A stretch of DNA of 44,200 nt from an uncultured Roseovarius sp. (GCA_964574045.1 CAZNMK010000002.1:1-44200), one strand, 5' to 3'. Shown: positions 28,001 through 36,718, numbered from the stretch's first letter. Numbers and translations are program-made. The notes: generated from the letters alone by a model not told the origin.

Positions 28001-31000
28001 CGTGGTCGGAATGGTTCTCATGAACGATCCGAACTACACGGAAAAGATGAGGGAGATCGACCGGCAGGCGAGCGAGCTCATCAGGACGTGGGAAAGCGAG
28101 AGCGCTGAGCTTGATCCTAATATCCCGCTGGACATTGAAGACGGCTGGACCGACGGCGTCCCGGCCGCCCCGCTCAAGAAGACGTGGCCCGAGTTCGTGC
28201 TCAAGCGCATGGTGGCCTACGCGGTCGACGGCGGGTTCGACAAGTACGGGTGGCTTTCTGGCGAGGTCGTTCAGGACATTGTCGGCGGCGAGCTCGAAGG
28301 CATGGAGGGGTTCTATGACCGCATGCTGCCGCAGATGGCGAAGAAGCTGTTCGGTAAGTACGGCGTGAACGTGCGCCCTGCGGCCGTGCTTGGTGAGTTG
28401 CCGAGCTCTGATCAGTACACGGACGAGAGCGTGCCACCGCCCGGCTGGATCATGGACATCACGCCAGAGCTCCGCGTCGCCGTCGAGGCCGGCTTCGACC
28501 TGTACCAGAGCCCGACCCGGGGCGAGGGCTACCGCGGGTTCATCGACACCGGGCGCCGCAACGCTCAGGGTGTGCGCGCGTTCCGGATCGTGCTCGGCGA
28601 GAAGGCAGACCTGTCGACCACGCTCCACGAGCTCGGCCACTACTACTTCGAGATCATGGCGGATCTCGCTGAGCAGCCAGATGCCCCGCCCCAGATCGTC
28701 GAGAACTACGCCCGCCTGCTGGCCTACATCGGCAAGACCGATCGGAGCGAGGTGACCCGTAACGACCACAAGACGATCGCCCGGTCGTTCGAGGCGTACC
28801 TGATGGAGGGTCGGGCGCCGAGCGCGGATCTGGTCGGCGCCTTCGCCCGGATGCGCGCGTGGTTCATAGAGATCTACCCCACGATCAAGGGGCTGAATGT
28901 CGATCTCAACGACGAGGTCCGCGGCGTGTTCGATCGCCTGCTGGCGACCGACGAGCAGATCGCTGCGGCCACCGAGTCGCAGGCGCTGGACCCGCTGTTC
29001 GGCACCGCCGAAGAGGCGATGATGACCCCGGAGGAGTGGGATGCCTACCTGAAGCTCTCGAAGACGGCTCAGGAGTCCGCCTTCCTCGACATGCAGCGGA
29101 AGGTGATGGCGGCCAAGGCCCGGGAGTCCAAGGCGTGGTGGCGCCGCCTGCGGGCCAAGGTCGAGCGGGAGGTGACCGAGGAGGTCAACCGCCAGCCGAT
29201 CTATCAGGCGCTCGAGTACCTGCAGCGTGGCACTATGGCCGACGGCACCGAGCTCCCCGAGGGGGCGGTAAAGGCCAAGCTCTCGAAGCAGGCGCTGGTC
29301 GACATGATCGGGCTGGCCGGGCTCAAGCGGCTGCCGCGCCCCTACGTCTACACGACCGACGAGGCCAACGGGCTGCACCCCGACTTCGTCGCCGACCTGT
29401 TCGGCTTCCAGAGCGGCGCTGAGCTCGTCGAGGCGCTGGCCAACGTCAGGCCCAAGCGTCGGCTGATCAAGGCGCTGACAGACGACCGGATGCGGGAGAT
29501 GTACCCGGACCCGATGATCGACGGCAGCATCGAGCAGGAGGCCACCAACGCGGTCATGAGCGGCCGGTACGGGGAACTGCTGGCCAAGGAGCTCAAGGTT
29601 CTGGAGCAGCGCGCCCGGCCTGACGGGCAGCCGACCACGATCCAAGTGATGCGGATGGCGGCCCGCCGGATCCTCGGCGAGAAGAGCCTGAGAGAGATCG
29701 ATGTCCGCGGATACCAGACGGCTGCCGCCCGCGCCGGCCGGGCCGCCCAGCAGGCGATGCTCAACGGCGACTTCGACGCTGCCCGCCGGGAGAAGCGCAA
29801 GCAGCTGCTGAACCACGAGCTCCACCGCGAGGCCACCCGGATGCGGGAGGAGGTCGAGAAGATCCGCGACTACCTGAAGCGGCTGAGCAAGAAGTCCGCC
29901 CGGCAGCGGATCGGCAAGGCCGGCGGCGACTACCTGCAGCAGATCGATGCGCTGGTCGAGCGGTACGAGCTCACCCGGATCCCGTTCGCCATGCTCCACA
30001 AGCGCGAGTCGCTGGTCGAGTTCCTGAAGCGGATGGAGGATGACGGCCACGAGGTGGTCGTGCCGGAGGCGGTGCTGAACGAGGCCCAGCGGCGGAACTA
30101 CCGCGACGTGCCGTTCTCCGAGCTCGAGGCGGTGCGTGACACGATCAAGCAGATCGAGCACTTCGCCCGCATCAAGCTCATGTTCAAGACCCGGGCCGAG
30201 CGTCGCGCGTGGGAGAAGGTCAAGGCCGAGCTCATCGCTGCCGCCGAGAAGCTGGGCGGTAAGGAGCCCGCGCTCGACCCGACCAACAAGGGGATCCTCG
30301 AGCGAGCCGGCGATGCGTTCGCCGACATCGATGCCTCGCTCCTGAAGATGGAGCAGGTGATCCTGTGGCTGGACGGCAATGATGTAGACGGCCCGTGGAA
30401 CCGCTACCTCTGGCGCGATCTGGCGGCGGCGCAGGTGCAGAAGCTCGACCTCATGAGCTCGAAGTTGGCCGCCCTCCGGGGCATGATGGAGAAACTCCCG
30501 AAGGAGACCCGGCTCAAGCTCAGCGACCTGATCCATGTGCCGTCGCTCGGCCAGTCCGTGCATCGCGAGTTCATCGTGGCGGTAGCGCTCAGCTGGGGCA
30601 CCGAGTCGAACCGCCAGCGGATCATGGACGGCAACGGATTCACCGACGCGCAGGTGGCCGAGATGCTCGACCTGCTCTCGAAGGAGGAGATGGACTTTGT
30701 GCAGGAGGTTTGGGACACCTTCGAGTCGCTGTGGCCGGACATCGCCGACCTGCAGAAGCGGATGACGGGGATCACGCCGGAGAAGATCGAGGCGGCCACG
30801 GTCAAGACGAAGCACGGCACCTACCGTGGCGGCTACTACCCGCTGGTCTACGACTCGCGGAAGACGAAGGCGGGTATGAAGCAGGAGGGCGAGCGGCTGC
30901 GCACCAGCGGCCCGTTCGAGGCCGGCGCCGTGTTCGCCACCACGTCCAAGGGTCACACCAAGGCCCGGGTCGAGAACTTCGCTGGCGCGCTCCAGCTGTC

Positions 31001-32291
31001 TCTGGACACGATCCCGCAGCGGCTGGCCCGTCATATCCATGACCTGACCCACCGTGAGGCGGTGCTCAATGGGCACCGGATCCTGACCGACCCGCAGATC
31101 CGGGCGGCCCTGCAGAAGGCGCTGGGTGAGCGGCGTGAGCCGATGCTCTACCGGTCGCTGAAGCGGATCGCGAACGACGCCGCGTTCAGCGTGCTCGACG
31201 GCACCGAGGGCTGGAAGCGGATCTTCGAGACCCTGCGACTGAATACCAGCGTCGCGATCATGGGCTTCAAGGCGACTACCATGATGTCGCAGTTCGCCGG
31301 CATCACTGATGCTGCCGAGATGATCGGCCGGAAGTGGATGCAGCGTGGCGTCATGGAGTTCTGGCGCAACCCGAAGCGCGCGGTCGCGTACGCCACGGAG
31401 CGCAGCGGCGAGATCAAGTATCGGTTCGAGCTCAAGGATCTCTCTGTGCGCGAGCAGCTGGGACGGCTGCGAGGGCAGACTGACATCAAGTCGAAGGCGA
31501 CCCGGATCTTCTTCATGAACATCCTGATCGCCGACAAGATGGTCGCCACCATCTCGTGGATCGGCGCCTACCAGAAGGCGCTCGACGAGGGGCGATCTGA
31601 CCCCAGCGCTCGCGAGTTCGCTGACAGCGTGATCCGGCTGACGCAGGGCGCGTCCGGCACCAAGGATCTCGCGGCGGTTCAGGCGACCGACAACACGATG
31701 CTCAAGTGGCTCGGCCTGTTCTACACCTACTTCAACGCGAAGTACGGGAGGATCAGGACAATGGGCCGCCGGGCCAAGCGCGTAGGCAAGGGCGAGATCG
31801 ACCAGCTGCCGATCCTGCTGGCGCAGGTCTGGTGGGGCACCTTCCTGCCGGCGGTGGTCAGCGAGCTCTTGGCCGGCCGCGGCCCGGACGAGGACGACGA
31901 CAACTGGGCGCTCTGGGCTCTGCAGGTCTGGTTCGAGTTCCCGTTCCTGACCGTGATCGGGTTGCGCGACATCGCCTCGCCGGCGATCGACCGGGTGCTC
32001 GGCTGGCGCTCGCGCCCGTTCGATGCCACGTTCCAGATGACCCCGGCTCAGCAAGGCGTCGCCACGATGTTCCGGGCCGGCATGACCAACGTCGAGGCGC
32101 TGCAGGGCGAGGCCGACATGGACGATGTGTTCCTGCGGAACCTCGAGGCCAGCGGCTACCTGTTCGGGCTGCCGACCAGTCAGGCCAAGATCACGGGCCG
32201 GTACATCATCGACCTGATCGAGGGTGACGCCGAGCCGGAGACGCCGGTAGACTTCGTGCGCGATATGATGTTCCGCAGGCCAGACCGCTAA
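22023..32291 (+). CDS. giant internal virion / large polyvalent protein (3422 aa)
   Basis: gp16-like position; contains ADP-ribosyltransferase-like, HhH-like, GNAT-like and HExxH (LHELGHYY) segments. Confidence 0.85.
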   Translation: MSRFDELMQEAQARQMESPNRRPLFGEGSQPEIETPSQSLMRIRQREDGSLREAAKLRAPDGSAVTPEIGRRVLGVARRTGLPEPFIRENIDDLERKIAEQDFDPAEFRKTSPALAEWMQGSPERSAAVLAERTSMQDVEEYVMAIAGQGPHGAPFRAMQQKSWGVAKGLLTGVLEGAEMAGVGVPEAAGAASRLLYRAGAPVLPDWFLKMDEAVSGFLFDPSRSGAIGEALAGRKGWDEVGLGRLLNPFSSLTTLGETAGAVADITRPTEEQQSFASDVATGVGQMGFQIATAMASGGVAAPVSLTNLFGMGAFIQKEMIDDARSRGLEISDRDRDIALLLGGLSTAATERVGLHFVMERLPPPVRRKLAQGMLDILIAGGAEGLQEMTDALMQNLIAKGIYDPEQQAFDDALFYEGGVGFSAGAVSRFLLTTVLGVRARSFGTKTEAALAELDGHLGKVQLREKDPDTFEEVIKAMRDKHGSDDVYVDSTAFQTYWQSMGEDPREVAREILGDESPYIEGALVGGRFKIPLEKYARHLANTPAAEALRQHMAFSPDTPTVAEAVQFEAEQQTLLAEFDEAIQTARSPEAVALYDEILGSLTNVLPRSTAEPVARMLASTMMTQASRMTQGGKPMTGLELWRSNPIDFARQLPEILTRMGSGYDIAIDPLLDRLRAGDVPTQQDAFGPSLFDFLREQGGLQEMSGELAARDLSKAQGLPGQRRLVSEQGMHLDRAAELAAEAGYIEDATIDALLDAIDSESRGDRVFTLQRASAQAQNMRLELEALQEQLDRMGADLQKLTNEQVKQVLAGKLDPAAVEAAVRAAGEGDNRTFIQRAIDRVSGLIARRAGPVTETEEFLRWFGSSKAVKMVSTKTGEAATSSREESKAVPLVMYHTTRGESFDSFQIGRETINSSTFGDYSTTRAAFFVTPSVSDSQAYGQIDGRFVDGAAVMPLYVRAEDPLDLSEGLKEADYKRMSDFGWSDGFIFNRLGSWEMFDGEEGAQVVEDLKAMGYDSVVFNDQNPVTGDSFESWALFDPNQVKSATANVGDFSRESVNVLFQLVQRASQLAQDEGVNSRMEQEFFGEIWPRLLDAAGERFDPSGDGITKAAEHAVKEISDWLQENPRFADYYTKDWSITRDILEQHYGQQITDEQFAVFRFLTGVTSLNTPLKGNIADAVNAFELFMRDGNFSAIELSVSQKGATVIDKAPFLLSNTTNGIKARSMVVFDQVVREQGSVAAAISWLMEPVPYLDLHKVNVQLGYKGPIGNMGFIRDITQQATGQKDLVPRMFVLGPKIGAYTMNALGDGRYTTIDVWESRYIRSQFNGLLDKNLGLPVGRAEQELFIAFADEFEAAWLAAGNAPMERSAMQAARWFYILEKARKAGYSEADTSETISYYTAEALGAGVRGADPEGGRRGYESGLGAVQKRWRPYDRKRAQSRRIIDIYKSLRGRVDVGRSGKRVVPRVFRRRDSRDRKGIIAEFSLDPADPQVNDLRKLGVSQPTLIQLNPNVADETGVTGAQRFLAAITAAKRDNKFGAAVYVYSEDEYRKMKLFITEDGTAGIAVKSDGDIVSVFNFMNGPHNLVARHLLLMAMEAGGKKMDNFDTVLTPLYESMGFEVVRRDPWNEDYKPEGWDKATFAKWNNGEPDVVYMEYAENQKLTRLYQDEAPPPAGRPRTVEDVFTSKALRVVRDMPATKATAAQWMGILRNKGVKAEELEWLRIEPWLNSVGASVTRDQVLEFIEANRLQVTEQVFAHQMEDSLVEDLETLRLRGYEIVSEDEPGGVSDIRGGVPFEWQVVRSATGEFIDGQNGWDAPEDYQLYQGIVDAVLSTSKPKWDEYRPLTAQRGYKEILLRLPFNQPSMQQQGTYVGPHWDSTNVVAHERHYEDTVEGGDALISIEIQSDWHQTGRRRGYSEPKTRRRFSAQTRSFGLNQAGAARALPGDPEGQGLAENLAQSELAVSVAESMGSAVDQLTVEAVVVSDVIGYNEDTVVGMVLMNDPNYTEKMREIDRQASELIRTWESESAELDPNIPLDIEDGWTDGVPAAPLKKTWPEFVLKRMVAYAVDGGFDKYGWLSGEVVQDIVGGELEGMEGFYDRMLPQMAKKLFGKYGVNVRPAAVLGELPSSDQYTDESVPPPGWIMDITPELRVAVEAGFDLYQSPTRGEGYRGFIDTGRRNAQGVRAFRIVLGEKADLSTTLHELGHYYFEIMADLAEQPDAPPQIVENYARLLAYIGKTDRSEVTRNDHKTIARSFEAYLMEGRAPSADLVGAFARMRAWFIEIYPTIKGLNVDLNDEVRGVFDRLLATDEQIAAATESQALDPLFGTAEEAMMTPEEWDAYLKLSKTAQESAFLDMQRKVMAAKARESKAWWRRLRAKVEREVTEEVNRQPIYQALEYLQRGTMADGTELPEGAVKAKLSKQALVDMIGLAGLKRLPRPYVYTTDEANGLHPDFVADLFGFQSGAELVEALANVRPKRRLIKALTDDRMREMYPDPMIDGSIEQEATNAVMSGRYGELLAKELKVLEQRARPDGQPTTIQVMRMAARRILGEKSLREIDVRGYQTAAARAGRAAQQAMLNGDFDAARREKRKQLLNHELHREATRMREEVEKIRDYLKRLSKKSARQRIGKAGGDYLQQIDALVERYELTRIPFAMLHKRESLVEFLKRMEDDGHEVVVPEAVLNEAQRRNYRDVPFSELEAVRDTIKQIEHFARIKLMFKTRAERRAWEKVKAELIAAAEKLGGKEPALDPTNKGILERAGDAFADIDASLLKMEQVILWLDGNDVDGPWNRYLWRDLAAAQVQKLDLMSSKLAALRGMMEKLPKETRLKLSDLIHVPSLGQSVHREFIVAVALSWGTESNRQRIMDGNGFTDAQVAEMLDLLSKEEMDFVQEVWDTFESLWPDIADLQKRMTGITPEKIEAATVKTKHGTYRGGYYPLVYDSRKTKAGMKQEGERLRTSGPFEAGAVFATTSKGHTKARVENFAGALQLSLDTIPQRLARHIHDLTHREAVLNGHRILTDPQIRAALQKALGERREPMLYRSLKRIANDAAFSVLDGTEGWKRIFETLRLNTSVAIMGFKATTMMSQFAGITDAAEMIGRKWMQRGVMEFWRNPKRAVAYATERSGEIKYRFELKDLSVREQLGRLRGQTDIKSKATRIFFMNILIADKMVATISWIGAYQKALDEGRSDPSAREFADSVIRLTQGASGTKDLAAVQATDNTMLKWLGLFYTYFNAKYGRIRTMGRRAKRVGKGEIDQLPILLAQVWWGTFLPAVVSELLAGRGPDEDDDNWALWALQVWFEFPFLTVIGLRDIASPAIDRVLGWRSRPFDATFQMTPAQQGVATMFRAGMTNVEALQGEADMDDVFLRNLEASGYLFGLPTSQAKITGRYIIDLIEGDAEPETPVDFVRDMMFRRPDR
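26200..26466 (+). CDS. candidate nested (+1 frame) ORF inside the giant gene, 88 aa
   Basis: GTG at 26200 after GAGG; protein-like acidic helical sequence while the host frame becomes Arg/Gly-rich. Confidence 0.4.
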   Translation: MKPSATTPRKLSAQEFEEQIRKAGDAAMKAVSERSRSAGDRMTASELRADESSTSTSLSADELMLVDQVRELYPGFSDEEILEIARES

Positions 32292-32305
32292 ATGAGGGCA
32301 CCACA

Positions 32306-33415
32306 ATGACCGTCGCATCTTCAGTCGCAAGGTGGCAGTACACCGCCAACGGCGCAACGACCTCGTTCGCCGCTGGCCGGATACTCTCCGCCGCAGACCT
32401 CGTCGTGGTGGTGGTCACTGCCGGGGTTGAGGTGACTCAGGTTCTCAACACCGACTACACCGTATCTGGCGTCGGATCCAACGCCGGGTCGACCGTGGTC
32501 TTCGGGGTCGCGCCGCTGAACGCAGCGATCGTATCCATTCGCCGGGTGCTGCCACTGACCCAGCTGACCAGCATCCGGAATCAGGGGGCATTCTTCCCTG
32601 AGATCCACGAGGACACCTTTGACCGGCTGGTGATGATGATCCAGCAGGTGAACGACATGGCCAGCCGCGCGTTCCAGCCGGACTCAGTTCTCGGTGACTC
32701 GTTCGACATTGGCGGGAAGAAGATCTCCAACCTTGCCGCCGGCTCGGAAGATGATGAGGCGGTCAATGTGCTGCAGCTGGTGACCTATATCGCAGCCGCT
32801 CTAGCGGCTGCCCAGTTTGCAGCCGGCCAGATCACCTCCGGCACGCTTGGGGTCGACAGGATCCCGGGCCTGCCCGCGAGCAAAACAACCTCCGGGGAAT
32901 TCAACGCGGCGCGGATCCCCAGTCTCGATGCCAGCAAGGTAAATGCCGGTACATTCGCTGACGCCAGAATTCCAAACCTGAGCGCCAGCAAGATCACGTC
33001 GAACACTTTCGCTGATCAGCGCATCGCAGTGTCAAACGTTAAGCAGCACGAGGGCAGTCTCGCGCTGAAGCCTTCGCAGGTGGTGCAGTTCGCTGGCACT
33101 CAAAATGTCTCCGGCGCTATCAATGATCTGGTTCTGGATGACCTGAACGACCGCGACATCATCTTCCTGAACCCGGGCGCGGGGGCGGCCGTGAGCAGCA
33201 TCTCCAACACAGCTAGCTCCGGGCATCAGCGGTTCTGGATCTTCAACGTTGGCACGAACGCATTGAGCTTCCTTGACCAGACCCACGGCTTCGGCGCTGC
33301 GGCCAACCGGATACTGGTCCCTGACTCTAACACCATTACCATTGCGCCGAGGCGGGCTGCGATGGTGGTCAGGGACACGGGACTGGGTCGCTGGAGAATG
33401 GTGGGACCGATATGA
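32306..33415 (+). CDS. tail fibre protein
   Basis: T7 gp17-like N-terminal adaptor (YTANGATTSF...IHEDTFDRLVMMIQQ) and RIPxLxASK repeats. Confidence 0.85.
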   Translation: MTVASSVARWQYTANGATTSFAAGRILSAADLVVVVVTAGVEVTQVLNTDYTVSGVGSNAGSTVVFGVAPLNAAIVSIRRVLPLTQLTSIRNQGAFFPEIHEDTFDRLVMMIQQVNDMASRAFQPDSVLGDSFDIGGKKISNLAAGSEDDEAVNVLQLVTYIAAALAAAQFAAGQITSGTLGVDRIPGLPASKTTSGEFNAARIPSLDASKVNAGTFADARIPNLSASKITSNTFADQRIAVSNVKQHEGSLALKPSQVVQFAGTQNVSGAINDLVLDDLNDRDIIFLNPGAGAAVSSISNTASSGHQRFWIFNVGTNALSFLDQTHGFGAAANRILVPDSNTITIAPRRAAMVVRDTGLGRWRMVGPI

Positions 33416-33783
33416 AGCAATACATCAGCAACCTGATCCTCTTCGTGCGCGGGTTCCGCTGGCTCAACAACCTGACCTACAAGGACGGTTGGGGTCCGCG
33501 GAAATTCCTCCCCATGTACGCCATCGACTACGGGCTCCACGTCCTGAGCGGCGGCGCGGTGATCAGTTTCTCTCGCTGGTTTTATGACAACAGGCAGCGG
33601 TACTGGTGGGCTCGCGCAGCGGACAGCATCTTGAACTGGTTCGACAAAGACCACGGCAAGAAGGCTGGCCCGGCTCTCTGGGGCACGACCGACTGCGCGT
33701 GGCCCGTGAGACTCGTCTTCACCGTGCTATGGTGCTACGCAATATTCGCTGGAGTCCGCGGGCTTTGGCGGCTGTTTACATAA
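33412..33783 (+). CDS. hypothetical protein, possibly membrane-associated
   Basis: ATGA overlap with the tail fibre gene; hydrophobic C-terminus. Confidence 0.65.
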   Translation: MKQYISNLILFVRGFRWLNNLTYKDGWGPRKFLPMYAIDYGLHVLSGGAVISFSRWFYDNRQRYWWARAADSILNWFDKDHGKKAGPALWGTTDCAWPVRLVFTVLWCYAIFAGVRGLWRLFT

Positions 33784-33803
33784 ACCATGAGAGGTTCTAT
33801 GCC

Positions 33804-34187
33804 GTGCTCGAGACCGCCGTCGACTGGGTCATCAAAGCCCTGCTGGGGCTGGCCACCATCATCGTGACCCTCCTCAGCTGGATCGGACTTCAGTTATTCG
33901 GTAGGGTATCCAAGGTGGAGACCGACCACTCGGTAGCCGCAAGCATGGGGGCCGCTATGGCAGAGAGGCTGACCCAGTTGGACCGCGACAACAAGGACAC
34001 CCGCGAGACGATGCTTCGCCTCGACGGCGATATGCGTGTCCGCGTTGAAGCGAACATGGTCGAGACCCGGAGCGAGATCCGCAGGGTTCACGACAAGGTC
34101 GACGAGATGAGCGACACGCTCTCAGGCGTAGCGGCCAGCCAGAAGATCATGCTGAGCACACTGCTGCGGAAGGAAAGTGAGAGCTGA
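33804..34187 (+). CDS. membrane-anchored coiled-coil protein
   Basis: GTG after GAGG; N-terminal transmembrane segment followed by heptad-like sequence. Confidence 0.6.
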   Translation: MLETAVDWVIKALLGLATIIVTLLSWIGLQLFGRVSKVETDHSVAASMGAAMAERLTQLDRDNKDTRETMLRLDGDMRVRVEANMVETRSEIRRVHDKVDEMSDTLSGVAASQKIMLSTLLRKESES

Positions 34188-34413
34188 GAACTCGAAGTAC
34201 GCCAGCCGGAAATTTATGCTGGCCTGCTCGTTCACCGGGGTCGGGGCTTACGCCCTCTTCAGCGGCACGCTGGCCGGGGAGGAGTTCGTGAAATTGGCTG
34301 GCGCGGTGATGTTCTTCTACGGTGCCGCCGACGTCGGTCAGGACTATGTCCACCTGAACGCAGCCAAAAAAGAGGCCGGGACTAGCCCGGCCAATTCCAC
34401 GCAAGAGGGTTGA
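34177..34413 (+). CDS. putative holin
   Basis: KYASRKF followed by two hydrophobic segments; 78 aa; last gene of the late operon. Confidence 0.55.
   Translation: MRAENSKYASRKFMLACSFTGVGAYALFSGTLAGEEFVKLAGAVMFFYGAADVGQDYVHLNAAKKEAGTSPANSTQEG
34366..34392 (-). terminator. intrinsic terminator for the recT operon
   Basis: GGCCGGG/CCCGGCC stem followed on the minus strand by TCTTTTTT; 24 bp past the recT stop. Confidence 0.7.
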
Positions 34414-34415
34414 AT

Positions 34416-35378
34416 CTACCTGAAGATTTCCTCGGGCGCATCCTCAACGAAGTTCCCGAGGTCGACTTCCCTGTCTCCGTCAGCGTGGACTATCTCGCCG
34501 GTCTCTGGATCGAACTGGGCTGAGGGATCGACCCTCTCCGGCTTCGCCGCGATAACAGGCGCAATCGCCTCCGCGGTCTTCTTGTCGATCACCAGCTGCA
34601 GGCCACGCGGTCGCTGCTGCGGGAGCTGGGGCAGCTTGTCCTGCCCGCTACCCCAGTCATAGAGCTCGTCGATCCGCTCCATCGCGGTCTTCAGATCGTC
34701 AGGCATCTCGATCGGCAGCCGCTTCCAGAGCCTGCGGGCTGGCGTCTTTCGCGCCATCTCGCCCCAGTTACCTCCCCACGCGGTGCCGTCTGGCTGCTTG
34801 CTCTTCAGGCGGATCGCCTCGATCTCCTCGAAGGTCATCGCCTCGACGTACTGCCGCCCATCGCGGGTCATGGCCAGCGCATAGACGCCGACCACGTTGC
34901 CCTTGTCCCTGTCGAACGGGCGCTGCTTGTGCTCGACGTGCTCGCCGTGCTCGTCCACCCAGAACTTGATGTCGCCGCGCTCGACCTCGCTCTCGTAAAC
35001 GAGGAACGACCGGAGATCAATCCCGGCGCGCGAAGCCCGCTTGGTGAGCCCGTAGATCATCGGCATCCACTGGACTGACTTCACCTTTTTCCAGCGGTTA
35101 CCGTCTTTCACGTTGCTCGTGAAGACGTTCAACACGCCCTCCCGGCCGTCAGGCAGCAGTCCGTCCTGAGCCGCCTTGACCGCAGCATCGAACAGCGAAT
35201 TGCGGTCCTCGGCGTAGACGAGCCGCTCGTCACGCTGCAGGGCCATGATCACGGCCCGGGTGAATCGCGGCTCCGGCACGTCTGCCGGCAGCACCTCGGC
35301 GAACTTCGGCGCCATCTTCCGCATGGCCGCGCAGGCCGCCTCGACCGCCCCCATCACTTTGGTTTCTTCGGTCATCAC
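34416..35378 (-). CDS. recT: RecT/Redbeta-family single-strand annealing recombinase
   Basis: AAQDGLLPDGREG, VQWMPMIYGL and WGEMARKT motifs; adjacent to the exonuclease. Confidence 0.9.
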   Translation of the reverse strand: MMTEETKVMGAVEAACAAMRKMAPKFAEVLPADVPEPRFTRAVIMALQRDERLVYAEDRNSLFDAAVKAAQDGLLPDGREGVLNVFTSNVKDGNRWKKVKSVQWMPMIYGLTKRASRAGIDLRSFLVYESEVERGDIKFWVDEHGEHVEHKQRPFDRDKGNVVGVYALAMTRDGRQYVEAMTFEEIEAIRLKSKQPDGTAWGGNWGEMARKTPARRLWKRLPIEMPDDLKTAMERIDELYDWGSGQDKLPQLPQQRPRGLQLVIDKKTAEAIAPVIAAKPERVDPSAQFDPETGEIVHADGDREVDLGNFVEDAPEEIFR

Positions 35379-36346
35379 TTCGGTCCTCCAGAGATCCTGA
35401 AGTCACGGTACGCTTTGCGGGTAGAGGCTGCCACCTCGATCTCCCCGCGCACGCCGGCTGAGACCTTGTAGCCGCCCGGGAGCAGCGCCTTCTCGGCGTC
35501 GCCGATCTCGTAGAGCAGCTTCGAGCGGGCAGCTGCCTTGATCTCCGCGCCTTCCTTTTCCAGTTGGCCGCCGCGCTTGTAGTCCGCGGCGATCGACTCG
35601 AGGTCCGCGCGGTTGCGCAGGTCCGCGAGCGTACCGGGCTCGGCGTAGCTGAACAGCTGGCGGATCGCCTCAGCGTCCCGGGCATAGTTTGGCTCAGGCG
35701 GCTGGTTGCTCAGCTGGCTGTCCCAGAACTCGCCGGCCGCCGTCCTGAAGGCTTGGCCCACGTCGAGGTCGCGCTCGCGCGGCAGGAGCCAGAGCTCGTT
35801 GCCACCGACCAGTGCGGCGATCGCGCCCCACTTCCGGTCGATGCACTCCATCTGGTGCTGCAGCTGGATCTCGATGTGCGGCGGCGCCTCCGGGTGCTGG
35901 TCTTTCTTCGGCGCGGTCCACTGATCCATCGCGATGAACTTGTCGACCAGCTTGATCTCGAGGATCCCGGGACCGTGCAGGGTGTAGAGCTCGCGCAGTA
36001 CGTCGTCATCGATCTCATCCTGCTCGGCGAACCCGACCACCTCGAAGTCGAAGCTCGAGCTCATCTGGCATTCGTCGTGGACGACGTGGGCGTTCAGAGC
36101 CCGGACCTTGACCCCGTAGCGCTCGCCAACCGAGAGCGCGATCGTGCGCTCCAGTAGCTGCCCCCAGCGGGTGCGCTCGTTGGCCTCGAAGTCGCGGGCG
36201 ATGTTGCCCTTCTTCTGGTGCCAGAGCTCGAAGTGGCTGGCGTAGGGCGAGAGCCCGTACAGCGCGGCCATCTCGGTGGAGGTCAGGTAGCCGGTGCGGA
36301 TCTGGAGCCACTCCTCGTGGCTCTTCGGATAGAGGAACTTGGGCAT
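35375..36346 (-). CDS. YqaJ-like (lambda exonuclease family) 5'-3' exonuclease
   Basis: EEWLQIR...TSTEMAALYGLSPY, WGQLLE, SSSFD, ILEIK and IQLQHQM motifs. Confidence 0.9.
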   Translation of the reverse strand: MPKFLYPKSHEEWLQIRTGYLTSTEMAALYGLSPYASHFELWHQKKGNIARDFEANERTRWGQLLERTIALSVGERYGVKVRALNAHVVHDECQMSSSFDFEVVGFAEQDEIDDDVLRELYTLHGPGILEIKLVDKFIAMDQWTAPKKDQHPEAPPHIEIQLQHQMECIDRKWGAIAALVGGNELWLLPRERDLDVGQAFRTAAGEFWDSQLSNQPPEPNYARDAEAIRQLFSYAEPGTLADLRNRADLESIAADYKRGGQLEKEGAEIKAAARSKLLYEIGDAEKALLPGGYKVSAGVRGEIEVAASTRKAYRDFRISGGPK

Positions 36347-36379
36347 GGACGTTCTCCCGTTCGTGGTTAACCCGTTGTC

Positions 36380-36430
36380 ATTCTACGGACACGCCGCAGA
36401 ATTGCAACACCCGGCCGGGCGTGTCACGAT
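36380..36430. promoter_or_regulatory. divergent promoter pair sharing a palindromic -35 (TTGCAA, 36402-36407)
   Basis: Minus strand: TTGCAA-16 bp-TAGAAT. Plus strand: TTGCAA-17 bp-CACGAT. Confidence 0.5.
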
Positions 36431-36438
36431 ATCCGCCC

Positions 36439-36714
36439 ATGAACATGGAGCCCGCACGCTACGTCATCGCCAAGTTCGGGGGGATCCGTCCGCTCGCTCG
36501 CAAACTTGGCCCCTTTATGGCCCACCGGGACACGATCGAGCCCAGCACCATCGAGCGCTGGCAGCGTGGTAAGCCACGCGGCACGAACGGGCTGATCCCG
36601 GCCCACTACCACGCCCCCCTGCTGGAGCTGGCCCGGGCCGAGGGCGTGCCCCTGTCAGCTGAGGAGTTGATCTTCGGCAGTCAGGCGGGCGACGCCGGGC
36701 AAGCCGCAGCATAA
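36439..36714 (+). CDS. Cro-like HTH transcriptional regulator
   Basis: VIAKFGGIRPLARKLG...STIERWQ...GLIP pattern; first gene of the rightward replication operon. Confidence 0.75.
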   Translation: MNMEPARYVIAKFGGIRPLARKLGPFMAHRDTIEPSTIERWQRGKPRGTNGLIPAHYHAPLLELARAEGVPLSAEELIFGSQAGDAGQAAA

Positions 36715-36718
36715 CCCG

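Noticed and set aside
27555..32357. 1600-aa ORF on the minus strand
   Set aside because: Antisense shadow of the giant gene; expected from GC-rich codon bias; no recognisable motifs.
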